From contig JAQURV010000016.1 in the NCBI GenBank assembly GCA_029004355.1, forward strand, positions 1-22,007: a stretch of 22,007 nt of DNA, read 5' to 3'. Source of the stretch: Candidatus Omnitrophota bacterium (GTDB lineage Bacteria > Omnitrophota > Gorgyraeia > 2-01-FULL-45-10). Positions 1-8,559 of the stretch are shown piece by piece (the first letter of the stretch is position 1; the number at the start of each line of letters is the position of its first letter). The notes below the pieces were generated by a model that worked only from the letters and a program-made list of their open reading frames with translations, ran no database searches and was not told where the DNA came from. A program made the translations under genes and the position numbers.

Positions 1-2190
1 GTGTGCTCTTCCGATCTGGTCGGGCAGCTATCGCGCGCATTCGATAAGATGACGGCGGACTTAAAACATACGACCGCTTCCATAGACAGGCTCAATAGGG
101 AGATTGCCGCGCGCAAGGAGATCGAGAACGATATTAAAAAAATCCAGAAGCAGCAACAGGATATCAACGAACTCCAGCAGCTGCTTCTTGCCCCGGGCGT
201 GCTCGAAAATAAAATTAAAGTCATTACCGATGGCATTGTGCGTATTTTTAACGCCGACTTCTGCCGGATATGGCTGATCCGGCCGGGGGACCTGTGTGAT
301 CAAGGATGCGTTCATGCCGGGGTCAAGGAAGGGCCCCACGTCTGCCGTTTTCGCGACAAATGCCTGCATCTACTGGCAAGCTCCGGCACGTACACACACA
401 TAGACGGCAAGATCCACCGGCGCGTTCCGTTCGACTGTTACAAGATCGGACGCGTCGCTTCGGGCAAGGACCACAGGTTCCTGACAAATGATGTGCCGAA
501 CGATCCCCGCGTACATGATCATGAATGGGCGCATAAACTGGCTCTCGTATCTTTTGCGGGATACCAGATCCGGATCCCGGGAGGAGAGACGATGGGGGTC
601 CTGGCCCTCTTCGCCAAACATCCCATATTGCCCGCCGAAGACGCGCTCTTAGACAGCCTCAGCAGCACTGTCGCTTTCGTTGTTCAGCAATCTGCCTCGC
701 AGGAGAAATTATCGAAAACAGCGGCGGAGTGGGAGACGACGTTCAATTCCATCCCGGACCTGATCTCGATCTACGACAAAGACTACAGGATCGCCAAGGT
801 GAACAAGGCCTTTGCGGATTTCTTCAAGATGAAGCCTGAAGAGGTCGTCGGTAAATTTTGTTATGAGGTGATCCACGGGACCGATAAACCTTACCCGGGG
901 TGCCCCCACAAGAAGACGATGGAGACCGGAAAGCCTTCTGTGTCGGAATTCTTTGAACCCAAGCTGGGTATATATGTCGAGGCGTCGGCCTCGCCGGTAT
1001 TCGATGATAATAAAAATATCATCGGTACGGTCCACATAATAAAGAATATTACCGAGCGAAAGAAGACCGATATTGCCTTGCGCCAACTGGCCAATATAGT
1101 GGAATCGTCGGATGACGCCATCATCGGCAAGAGCCTTGACGGTGTTATAACGAGCTGGAATAAAGGAGCCGAGCGCCTCTATGGATATACCGAAAAAGAG
1201 GTCGTGGGGAAGAACGTCTCTGTCTTGATCCCGGAAGAATATGCTGAAGGACTGCGCGCGATCAACGAGAAGATAGCGAAAGGTCTGTCGGTAGAGCGCC
1301 TTGAGACGATGCGGCAGAAGAAAGACGGGACAAAATTTTATGTCTCCCTGACCATCTCTCCGATAAAAGATAATGACGGAAATATCGTAGGCGCTTCTAC
1401 GATAGCGCACGATATCACGGAACGCAAAAAGACCGAAGAGTTGCTGCGAAGGTACAATGAAGAATTGGAGAAAGCTGTTGATGCAAGGACGAGTGAACTG
1501 AGGGCATCGCAGGATAAGCTCGTTCGTTCCGAAAAGATGGCCAGCATCGGAAAGCTGGCCTCGAGCGTGGCGCACGAGCTCAGGAACCCGTTAGGGGTAA
1601 TGAAGAATGTGGTATATTACCTGAACATGCTGGGCCTGTCCAAAGAGAACCCGGAGGTCAAGGAGAACCTGGACATCATTACTCAGGAGATAGAGAATTC
1701 GGATAAGATCATCGCGGACCTTCTGGAGTTTTCCAGGGCTAAGAACCCTGTCCTCCGGCCGGAGAACATAAATTTGATAGTCAGGGAGGTTTTGAGCAGG
1801 CTGAGGATAGAGCCGAATATAGAATTGGTCCTGGACCTGAAAGACGGCCTGCCGGATATAGCGGTAGACGCGCTCCAGATGCATCAGATCTTTTATAACC
1901 TGATCAAGAACGCGTTAGAGGCGATGGAGCAAGGCGGCAAGCTTAAGATAACTACGGCTCACGAAGGAGAATTTATAGAAGCTGCTGTTTCCGATACGGG
2001 CGGCGGCATCTCAGAAGAGAATCTGGCGAAGATATTCGAACCGCTCTTTTCGACGAAGACGAAGGGCACGGGGCTTGGGCTATCCATCTGCGCATCGCTG
2101 GTGGAGAGGCATGAGGGCAAGCTGGAAGTCAAGAGCGAGGCCGGCAAGGGCACGACTTTTACGGTCAAATTACCTGTTAAGAGAGGATGA
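1..2190 (+). CDS. Sensor histidine kinase, 5'-partial (runs off window start): HAMP tail, coiled coil, Cys/His-rich GAF, two PAS domains, HisKA, HATPase_c
   Basis: H-box 'SSVAHELRNPLGV'. N-box 'FYNLIKNALEA'. G-boxes 'DTGGGI' and 'GTGLGLSI'. GAF-like region from 'ITDGIVRIFNADFCRIWLI' to 'GETMGVLALFAK'. Two PAS-like repeats, each ending in 'ITERKKT'. The ORF starts at nt 1 with no upstream stop, so it is truncated. Confidence 0.9.
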   Translation: MCSSDLVGQLSRAFDKMTADLKHTTASIDRLNREIAARKEIENDIKKIQKQQQDINELQQLLLAPGVLENKIKVITDGIVRIFNADFCRIWLIRPGDLCDQGCVHAGVKEGPHVCRFRDKCLHLLASSGTYTHIDGKIHRRVPFDCYKIGRVASGKDHRFLTNDVPNDPRVHDHEWAHKLALVSFAGYQIRIPGGETMGVLALFAKHPILPAEDALLDSLSSTVAFVVQQSASQEKLSKTAAEWETTFNSIPDLISIYDKDYRIAKVNKAFADFFKMKPEEVVGKFCYEVIHGTDKPYPGCPHKKTMETGKPSVSEFFEPKLGIYVEASASPVFDDNKNIIGTVHIIKNITERKKTDIALRQLANIVESSDDAIIGKSLDGVITSWNKGAERLYGYTEKEVVGKNVSVLIPEEYAEGLRAINEKIAKGLSVERLETMRQKKDGTKFYVSLTISPIKDNDGNIVGASTIAHDITERKKTEELLRRYNEELEKAVDARTSELRASQDKLVRSEKMASIGKLASSVAHELRNPLGVMKNVVYYLNMLGLSKENPEVKENLDIITQEIENSDKIIADLLEFSRAKNPVLRPENINLIVREVLSRLRIEPNIELVLDLKDGLPDIAVDALQMHQIFYNLIKNALEAMEQGGKLKITTAHEGEFIEAAVSDTGGGISEENLAKIFEPLFSTKTKGTGLGLSICASLVERHEGKLEVKSEAGKGTTFTVKLPVKRG

Positions 2191-2193
2191 GAT

Positions 2194-2937
2194 ATGGCGG
2201 AAAAGACAAGAGTGCTGATCGTCGACGATGATGTTAATTTTTGCAATACGCTGTCGAAGGTATTGGCTAAGAAGGGGTACGAAACAACCACTGCGAACAG
2301 CGGTGCAAGTGCTATCGAAATAATAAAAAAGCAGGCGGTAGATACGGTGCTCATGGATATCAAGATGCCCGTAATGAACGGCGTGGAGACCTATAAGCAA
2401 CTCAAGGTAATAAGATCGGACATCAGGGTAATATTGATGACCGCCTTCTCCGTAGAGGACCTGATCAGGGACGCCTTAAAAGAAGGGGTTTACGCCGTGG
2501 TCCGCAAACCTTTCGATATGGAGATGGTCATAAATATGATAGAGAAATCGAAGAACGGGGCGCTAGTAGCTATAGTCGACGATAACCCTAATATCTGCAC
2601 CACGATGAAGAAGGTCCTGGAGAATAAGGGTTACAGCGTCAGCACCTGCCTTACGGGCGAAGAAGCGATCGTCATGGCGAAACAAAGGCCGCATAACATA
2701 TTCTTTATCGACATGAAATTGCCGGTCCTGAACGGGCTGGAGACATACCTGGAGATAAAGAAGGTGAACCCTGCCGCCATAGTGATGGTGATGACAGCCC
2801 ATCGCCAGGAGATGGACGATCTTGTCGCGCAGGCTATAAAGAACGGCGCTTATATCTGTCTCTATAAGCCGTTCGACATGAATGAAGCCATCAGGCTGAT
2901 CGATGAGATTTCCGGGAAGGCGCATAAACGTGATTGA
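2194..2937 (+). CDS. Tandem-receiver response regulator (REC-REC, no output domain)
   Basis: Two CheY-like modules. Each has an N-terminal acidic pair ('LIVDDD' / 'AIVDDNP'), a phospho-acceptor Asp ('LMDIKMP' / 'FIDMKLP'), a conserved T/S ('LMTAFS' / 'VMTAH') and a Lys ('RKPF' / 'YKPF'). The RBS GAGAGGA lies 7 nt upstream of the ATG. It starts 4 nt after the kinase stop. Confidence 0.85.
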   Translation: MAEKTRVLIVDDDVNFCNTLSKVLAKKGYETTTANSGASAIEIIKKQAVDTVLMDIKMPVMNGVETYKQLKVIRSDIRVILMTAFSVEDLIRDALKEGVYAVVRKPFDMEMVINMIEKSKNGALVAIVDDNPNICTTMKKVLENKGYSVSTCLTGEEAIVMAKQRPHNIFFIDMKLPVLNGLETYLEIKKVNPAAIVMVMTAHRQEMDDLVAQAIKNGAYICLYKPFDMNEAIRLIDEISGKAHKRD

Positions 2938-4045
2938 TATCCTCGTTGTAGATGATGACGCCGGCGCAAGGAAGAGCTTCGGGAATATATTGAAGCTTAA
3001 AGGCTATGGCGTAGAGACCGCGGGGACAGGGCAGGAAGCGATCTCTAAGATCAAGGAGAAGTTCTTCAATATAGTTTTTTTGGATATACGGCTGCCCGAC
3101 ATCAGCGGCCTGGAAGTCTTGAAGACCATAAGCGACTTCAATGAAGATATCGTGACTATAATGGTGACCGCCTACGCGTCTATAGATTCATCCATCGATG
3201 CTATAAATAAAGACGCCTACTCTTATATTACAAAACCCGTAAATATGGACCAGGTACTGCAGGTTATCGGCAAGGCGCTCGAGAAACAGCGCCTGGCGAT
3301 GGAGAATAAGCGTCTATTAAAAGAGCTGAAAGAGGCTAACGAAAAATTAAGAGAGATGGATGCCCGCAAGTCGGATTTTGTGGCCAACGTATCCCATGAG
3401 TTCAAGAACCCGCTGGCCGTCATAAAACAGTCCCTTACCATTGTGCTCGAGGGGATGGCGGGGGAGATAAACCCGAAACAGAAGGAGATACTCGAAGCGG
3501 GACAAAGGAATATAGAGCGGCTCATACGGTTGGTCATGGACCTCCTCGACCTGTCCAAAATAGAATCCGGAAAGATAGAGATGAAGAGGGATAAGATCGA
3601 TATAACGTCGCTGGTAGATCAACTGCTGAAGGATTACGAGAATGAGATTTCCAGAAAAAACCTCGTACTTAATAAAGATATCCAGCCGGATATGGGGATG
3701 GTCTGGGCCGACAAGGACAAATTGACGGAAGTCATCATAAATCTTCTGAATAACGCCATAAAGTATACAAACAAAGGCTCCGTAACCGTTAAGCTTAGCG
3801 GGACGGAGGACGAGATACGTTTCGAGGTCGCCGATACCGGACCCGGCATCAAGAAGGAATATCTTGAAAAGATATTCGATAAGTTCGAGCGCATACTGGC
3901 TGAGAGGCAGGAAGGGACGGGCCTGGGCCTTTCCATCGCCAAAGATATAGTAAGATTACACAAAGGAAATATCTGGGTGGAGAGCGAACCCGGGAAGGGC
4001 AGTAAATTCATTTTTACCCTGCCGCGGGACTTAAGACGCTCTTAA
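2903..4045 (+). CDS. Hybrid response regulator/histidine kinase (REC-HisKA-HATPase_c)
   Basis: Receiver motifs 'ILVVDDD', 'FLDIRLPD', 'MVTAYAS' and 'TKP'. H-box 'SHEFKNPLAVI'. ATPase motifs 'NLLNNAIKYT', 'DTGPGI' and 'GTGLGLSI'. The start is either ATG 2903 (35-nt overlap with the upstream gene) or in-frame GTG 2930 (the GTGATTGA overlap with the upstream stop). Confidence 0.85.
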   Translation: MRFPGRRINVIDILVVDDDAGARKSFGNILKLKGYGVETAGTGQEAISKIKEKFFNIVFLDIRLPDISGLEVLKTISDFNEDIVTIMVTAYASIDSSIDAINKDAYSYITKPVNMDQVLQVIGKALEKQRLAMENKRLLKELKEANEKLREMDARKSDFVANVSHEFKNPLAVIKQSLTIVLEGMAGEINPKQKEILEAGQRNIERLIRLVMDLLDLSKIESGKIEMKRDKIDITSLVDQLLKDYENEISRKNLVLNKDIQPDMGMVWADKDKLTEVIINLLNNAIKYTNKGSVTVKLSGTEDEIRFEVADTGPGIKKEYLEKIFDKFERILAERQEGTGLGLSIAKDIVRLHKGNIWVESEPGKGSKFIFTLPRDLRRS

Positions 4046-5313
4046 TCTTTCGCTTTTCTGTCTTTCCCCAACAGGTCTCTCAGCTTTTCCAGATCCAGAC
4101 CGCTCTCATCGATAAACTGCTTTATATTCGCCCCGCCTTCGGCGTCGAGATTGATCCCAAAAAATTTCTGGGCGTTCGTACCGCTCATGATCCACTTCAC
4201 GTCGGCTTTTTGTATGGCGGCGCCGAGAGCGTTAAACTTGGAGATCATGATCTCTTTCTGGATATCGAGCATCTTGACGTTTATGGCCATGTCGTCGAAC
4301 TTCTTCATCGCCTCTGCGAGTTTCAGCGTTCCCGCCGCGTCGGCCTCTTTCTTTATCTGTATTATATTGGCTTCCGCCTTCCCGACGAGCTGTATCTGGC
4401 TTGACTGGCCTTCGGCCTCAACGGTATATTTTATCTTTTGCGCCATGGCCAGCTGTTCTATCTTCTGTTTCTCTATCTCCGCCTGGCCTACCTGCAGCTT
4501 CCTCATGGCCTCTATCCTCTGGGCGTTGGCCTCCGCTTCCTTATCGGCTATCTCCTGGTTCTTTATCTGTTCAGCCATCCCGATCTGTTTATCTTTCTCG
4601 ATCTGCCGTTTGCGGTAGATCTCCTCCGCCTCCGCCTTTGCCAGTTCCGCCTCTTTGGTCGTGGTAGCCACTTTGATATCCGCGTCTCTCCTTATTTCCG
4701 CGGCAACCTTTCTTTCTATATCCTGAATAATGGTACTGCCTACTACATCCTTTATATCCTTCAATTCCAGGTCGACCAGCTCTATGCCCCACTTCGGGAA
4801 TACCTGTTCCACTTCCTTGGTTATAGCCTGATCTAATAGCGATCTGTTCATATAAATATCCAAAAGCGTCTGTTTTGTGGTAACGGTCCTGCCGACGCTC
4901 TCCATAATGGCTCTCAGGTCTTCGGAAAGCCTTATAAAATCAAAACCCATCTCTTTTGAAGTATCGGTGAGTATTAACCTTTCGACCGCCAGGCTGATAT
5001 CTTTTATATTGATAAAGCACATTATGTCGCAGACGAACTTGGCCATATTCTTGTCGTTCAATTTTATATCGTTAACGGGAATGGCCAGATTGCAAAGAGG
5101 CAGTTTGTGTAATTTAGTTATGAAAGGGATCACCCAATATGCGCTCTTGCCTGTTCGTGAGGAGAATATGGTCTTGGAATTACGCAAGATCCTGATATGC
5201 ACTTCGTTGACGGGAACTATCCTGTAAAGGCCGATCATTCCGCCGAATATGTGCCTTAGAAAATAAATGACCGGTGCGGCAATTACAATTGATACTATTG
5301 TCAACGTCGTCAT
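4042..5313 (-). CDS. SPFH/Band-7 flotillin-like membrane protein (YqiK/FloA type)
   Basis: N-terminal TM helix, an SPFH core and a long Ala/Glu/Lys/Gln-rich coiled coil ('AEAEEIYRKRQIEKDKQIGMAEQIKNQEIADKEAEANAQRIEAMRK'). The RBS AGGAGGG precedes the ATG at 5313. Its stop overlaps the stop of the convergent hybrid kinase. Confidence 0.8.
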   Translation of the reverse strand: MTTLTIVSIVIAAPVIYFLRHIFGGMIGLYRIVPVNEVHIRILRNSKTIFSSRTGKSAYWVIPFITKLHKLPLCNLAIPVNDIKLNDKNMAKFVCDIMCFINIKDISLAVERLILTDTSKEMGFDFIRLSEDLRAIMESVGRTVTTKQTLLDIYMNRSLLDQAITKEVEQVFPKWGIELVDLELKDIKDVVGSTIIQDIERKVAAEIRRDADIKVATTTKEAELAKAEAEEIYRKRQIEKDKQIGMAEQIKNQEIADKEAEANAQRIEAMRKLQVGQAEIEKQKIEQLAMAQKIKYTVEAEGQSSQIQLVGKAEANIIQIKKEADAAGTLKLAEAMKKFDDMAINVKMLDIQKEIMISKFNALGAAIQKADVKWIMSGTNAQKFFGINLDAEGGANIKQFIDESGLDLEKLRDLLGKDRKAKD

Positions 5314-5385
5314 CTTGCCCTCCTATTTTTTATAATCGTAACATCGTTCCGGTAATAATACAATACAAATATCTAGTAGTTTGAA

Positions 5386-6444
5386 CTACTTACGATCTTT
5401 AATTTTCAAAGCGACATTGACGAGGATTATAAGGGCGGGGACTTCTATCAGGGGACCTATAACGGTCGCAAAAGCCTGGTTAGAGCTGATCCCGAAGATC
5501 GCGACCGCAACCGCAATAGCAAGCTCGAAATCGTTGCTGGCCGCCGTAAAAGAAGCGGCGGTCGTCTGTCCGTAACCGATCCCCATCTTTCGGGCGATGA
5601 AGAACGTGACAAACCACATAAAGAAGAAATATATGAGGAGCGGCACCGCGATCCTTAATACGTCGAAAGGCAGCTGTATGATGTATTGTCCTTTCAGGGA
5701 AAACATGACGACGATAGTAAAGAGAAGCGCGACGAGCGTTATGGGGCTTATCCTCGGGATAAAGACATCTTCAAACCACCTCTTCCCTTTTAGCTTAATC
5801 AGGCCGGCGCGGGTGAGTACCCCTCCGAGAAACGGTATCCCTAAGTAAAAAAATACGGTTTTGGCCGCCTCGACCATCGAAATGCTGATATTCAATCCCT
5901 TCGCAAGTCCCAGCCAGTTAAGGCCGACGGTAATAAATAGATAGATGTAGGCTGCGTAGAACAAGACCTGGAAAAGCGCGTTAAAAGCGACGAGTCCTAT
6001 GGCAAATTCCCTATCGCCTTCCGCAAGCTCGTTCCAGACGATAACCATCGCTATACATCTGGCCAGCCCTACCAAGATCACGCCGATCATATACTCCGGA
6101 TAACCCCTAAGGAAGACTATCGCAAGGATGAACATCACCAGCGGACCGACTATCCAGTTTTGCACGAGAGAAAGGATGAGAAGTTTCGGTTTATTGAATA
6201 CCTTCCCGATCTCCTCGTATTTTACTTTTGCAAGGGGCGGATACATCATAAGGATGAGACCTATGGCGATCGGGACCGAGGTCGTCCCGACCTGCATACC
6301 GGATATGATCTTAGTAACGCCGGGGACAAAATACCCCAAAGCTATCCCGGCTCCCATCGCAATAAATATAAGCGGGGTTAAAAGCTTGTCCAATAAGGAC
6401 AGTTCCCGCCTTAATTCCTTTGCCGCATGCTTGGTATATTGCAT
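5386..6444 (-). CDS. acr3: ACR3-family arsenite efflux permease
   Basis: ACR3 signatures are present: '[24 protein letters not shown]', '[18 protein letters not shown]' and the conserved Cys in '[11 protein letters not shown]'. It has about 10 TM segments and is about 350 aa. It lies 4 nt downstream of arsM. Confidence 0.85.
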   Translation of the reverse strand: MQYTKHAAKELRRELSLLDKLLTPLIFIAMGAGIALGYFVPGVTKIISGMQVGTTSVPIAIGLILMMYPPLAKVKYEEIGKVFNKPKLLILSLVQNWIVGPLVMFILAIVFLRGYPEYMIGVILVGLARCIAMVIVWNELAEGDREFAIGLVAFNALFQVLFYAAYIYLFITVGLNWLGLAKGLNISISMVEAAKTVFFYLGIPFLGGVLTRAGLIKLKGKRWFEDVFIPRISPITLVALLFTIVVMFSLKGQYIIQLPFDVLRIAVPLLIYFFFMWFVTFFIARKMGIGYGQTTAASFTAASNDFELAIAVAVAIFGISSNQAFATVIGPLIEVPALIILVNVALKIKDRK

Positions 6445-6448
6445 CCGG

Positions 6449-7225
6449 CTATTCCTTTTTTGCCGATATCTTCACGCTGGCTATCGCGTCTTCGGTACAT
6501 TTAAATTCCTTGAACATAGCGTCTGTGGGATAACTCGTCTGACCGATCACTTTGACTTCTTTAAACCCGGCAAGCTTTATAAACCTCAGGTATTCATCTT
6601 TCTTGATCGCTCCGGCAAGACAACCCACGTATGCCTCGACCGATCCCTTTATTATGTCCGGCAGATCTTTGACCAGGACCAGATCGGAAACCATGAGCCG
6701 CCCTCCGGGTTTAAGCACCCTGAAAGCCTCTTTAAAAACCCTCTGTTTTTCAGGTGATAGATTAATGACACAGTTTGATATAATGACGTCGATCGAAGCA
6801 TCCTCGACGGGCAGTTTTTCGATCTCACCCAGCCTGAATTCCACATTCGTATACTTACCCTTCCCGGCATTCTTCCGGGCTTTTTCGATCATCTCCGGTG
6901 TCATATCAACGCCTATAACCCGGCCGGTCTTGCCGACTTTTGGAGAAGCAAGGAATGCGTCAAATCCGGCGCCGCTTCCCAGATCAAGCACGACATCGCC
7001 CTCCCTCAAAGATGCAATAGCAACCGGGTTGCCGCATCCAAGGCCCAGGTTGGCGCCTTCGGGAACGATATCAATGTCTGTGTCGCTATAACCGACTGTT
7101 TTACTTATATTTTTCACAGAGCTTGCGCTCCCGCAGCATGAATCCGTAAGGCAGCAAGAAACGTTCTGCGACGCTACTTTGGCGTATTTTTCTTTCACTA
7201 TCTTTTTTATCTTCCTGTCTTTCAT
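6449..7225 (-). CDS. arsM: Arsenite S-adenosylmethionine methyltransferase ArsM
   Basis: SAM motif I 'VLDLGSGAG'. N-terminal cysteine cluster '[11 protein letters not shown]'. Further Cys at 'GLGCGNP', 'SNCVINL' and 'YVGCLAG'. The true start is the internal ATG at 7225 ('MKDRKIKK') with RBS GGGGGTG. The listed 6449-7525 ORF is a 5' read-through. The start overlaps the ccdA stop as ATGA. Confidence 0.85.
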   Translation of the reverse strand: MKDRKIKKIVKEKYAKVASQNVSCCLTDSCCGSASSVKNISKTVGYSDTDIDIVPEGANLGLGCGNPVAIASLREGDVVLDLGSGAGFDAFLASPKVGKTGRVIGVDMTPEMIEKARKNAGKGKYTNVEFRLGEIEKLPVEDASIDVIISNCVINLSPEKQRVFKEAFRVLKPGGRLMVSDLVLVKDLPDIIKGSVEAYVGCLAGAIKKDEYLRFIKLAGFKEVKVIGQTSYPTDAMFKEFKCTEDAIASVKISAKKE

Positions 7226-7896
7226 ATAAGCACCCCCAGATAAATAGCTATATAATACAGCCCTACTGCCATAAAGATAGCTCCGGTAATTTTTCTTGCG
7301 TATACCTCGAGTCTGGCCACCTTGCCGAACCAATGGTTTAAAGAGGTGATCCCCAATGCAATGCCCAGGGCAAAAATAAATACAGGCAGGCCAGTACCGA
7401 GCCCATATATGAAGGGCAGGCTCAACCCTACCTTGCTCTCTACCGCCAGCGGTATGAGGCTCCCGAAAAAGAGCGCGGCCGATATAGGGCAAAACGACAG
7501 CGCAAAGATAAAGCCTAGGATGCAAGCGCCGAATATGCCGGACCCGGCGAGCCTGGTTTGATGTCTTTCCTGGATTATCAGGCTCGGGATATTGAGTTTA
7601 AAAATATCCAGCAAAAAAAGGCCCGCGATTATCAGGATCGGACCCAATGCTTTGTTCATATACTTCTGCAGAAAGTTCGCCGCCAGGGGCACGCTTAATA
7701 GAGACTTCACGATAAGAAAACCCAATATAGCATACGCCAGCATCCTGCCTATGGTATACGAGATCCCCGATAAAAATACCGTCTTTGGATGGGTTATCTT
7801 CCTGGAGAGGAATGAGATCGCCGCGATATTCGTCGCGAGCGGGCACGGGCTTATTGAGGTAAGGACGCCGAGCCAGAGGGCCGTCAGGATGATCAT
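7222..7896 (-). CDS. ccdA: CcdA/DsbD-family transmembrane thiol-disulfide electron transporter
   Basis: Six predicted TM helices. The first redox Cys is in 'SISPCPL' and the second Cys in 'ALSFCPISAA', the typical CcdA arrangement. The RBS AAGGAG lies upstream of ATG 7896. Confidence 0.8.
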   Translation of the reverse strand: MIILTALWLGVLTSISPCPLATNIAAISFLSRKITHPKTVFLSGISYTIGRMLAYAILGFLIVKSLLSVPLAANFLQKYMNKALGPILIIAGLFLLDIFKLNIPSLIIQERHQTRLAGSGIFGACILGFIFALSFCPISAALFFGSLIPLAVESKVGLSLPFIYGLGTGLPVFIFALGIALGITSLNHWFGKVARLEVYARKITGAIFMAVGLYYIAIYLGVLI

Positions 7897-7899
7897 CTA

Positions 7900-8307
7900 T
7901 TAAAGCTCCTTGAGATACTTTTCTATCTCTGTTCTTATATATTGGTGAAAGGCGTCCTTGTTCCTCAGGTATTCCCATACCTTGGTGAGATTGTCGGATT
8001 TGATCTCCTTACCGCCCTTTACCAGAGAGAGTACGACGGATTTCGTATAAAGCTTGTACTCGTCCGTAAAATGTTCGTTACCTTTCGTTTCGACGTTGAC
8101 TACCTTAAAAACTACCGTGCCCGCATCCAATTCTTTCCGGAAATATTTCTCGACCGCCTCTTTCGTGTTCTGTTCGATCGTTTTGCAATTGACGCATCGG
8201 AAATTACCGTGAAAGTAATAGACTATCACGCTGTTTGCGGGAGCGGCTTCGCATACAAACGAAACGAATATGAGCGCCGCAACTAAAAGGAGCCGTGCGC
8301 GTTTCAT
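7900..8307 (-). CDS. Secreted thioredoxin/glutaredoxin-fold protein with a CVNC motif
   Basis: The true start is ATG 8307 ('MKRARLLLVAALIFVSFVCEA', signal peptide with AXA site) behind RBS GGGGGAG. The mature N-terminus 'VIVYYFHGNFRCVNCKTIEQNTKEAVEKY' matches the beta1-CxxC-alpha1 pattern of Grx/NrdH/ArsC-like folds. About 110 mature residues. Confidence 0.5.
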   Translation of the reverse strand: MKRARLLLVAALIFVSFVCEAAPANSVIVYYFHGNFRCVNCKTIEQNTKEAVEKYFRKELDAGTVVFKVVNVETKGNEHFTDEYKLYTKSVVLSLVKGGKEIKSDNLTKVWEYLRNKDAFHQYIRTEIEKYLKEL

Positions 8308-8543
8308 TTCTCCCCCGAGATCCATTTTTTTATTTCTTCCGCCTTGGGAATGCGGCCGTAGCATTTGATCTTGCCGTTAATGCGCAACCCCGGCGTCTGC
8401 ATAATACCCGCGTCCACTATCTTATTTATCTCTTTGACCTTTTCGACGTCCGCGACGATATTGAGTTCCGAAAGGACGCTCTTTACGCCCTTTTCAACCT
8501 CACCGCACCGATGGCATCCCGGCCCGAATATCTCTATCTTCAT
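8304..8543 (-). CDS. Small thioredoxin-family protein (TIGR00412-like redox-active disulfide protein 2), CHRC active site
   Basis: 'MKIEIFGPGCHRCGE...' followed by '...GIMQTPGLRINGKIKCYGRIPKAEEIKKWI' matches the ~78-aa TM0996/MTH895 family. The true start is ATG 8543 with RBS GGGGGGAGAG. Its stop overlaps the next start as ATGA. Confidence 0.75.
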   Translation of the reverse strand: MKIEIFGPGCHRCGEVEKGVKSVLSELNIVADVEKVKEINKIVDAGIMQTPGLRINGKIKCYGRIPKAEEIKKWISGEK

Positions 8544-8559
8544 CGTGCTCTCCCCCCTG

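Noticed and set aside
1049-1443. Apparent nucleotide repeat 'ITERKKT'-coding segments (1049-1078 vs 1414-1443)
   Set aside because: This reflects duplication of PAS domains at the protein level. The DNA copies are diverged and do not form a repeat element.
709-1575. 288-aa minus-strand ORF (and others at 61-369, 370-621, 891-1130, 1338-1547, 1591-1884) antisense to the histidine kinase gene
   Set aside because: These lie entirely inside a well-supported + strand kinase CDS. They have no RBS, the composition is low-complexity and Arg/Leu-rich, and they are typical shadow ORFs of a coding region.
4151-4836. Plus-strand ORFs (4151-4618, 4401-4667 Pro-rich, 4438-4836) and minus ORF 4589-4792 (Gly-rich) inside the flotillin gene
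   Set aside because: These are antisense or out-of-frame shadows of the GC-skewed, repetitive coiled-coil-coding region. 'PPPPPLPVPP' and 'GGGGGD' are reverse-complement artefacts of the Ala/Glu/Lys repeats.
5374-5391. Inverted repeat TAGTAGTT-tg-AACTACTA spanning the acr3 stop codon, considered as a terminator
   Set aside because: Only a 5-6 bp AU-rich stem with a weak U tract, and it overlaps the coding end. It is insufficient to call an intrinsic terminator.
6128-6757. 209-aa + strand ORF spanning the acr3/arsM junction, and the 6552-7091 + ORF
   Set aside because: Antisense to two strongly supported minus-strand genes, with no start context.
7226-7525. N-terminal 100-aa extension of the ArsM ORF ('MHPRLYLCAV...') overlapping ccdA
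   Set aside because: The internal ATG at 7225 has a strong RBS and gives a canonical ArsM N-terminus. The extension is an out-of-frame read-through of ccdA.
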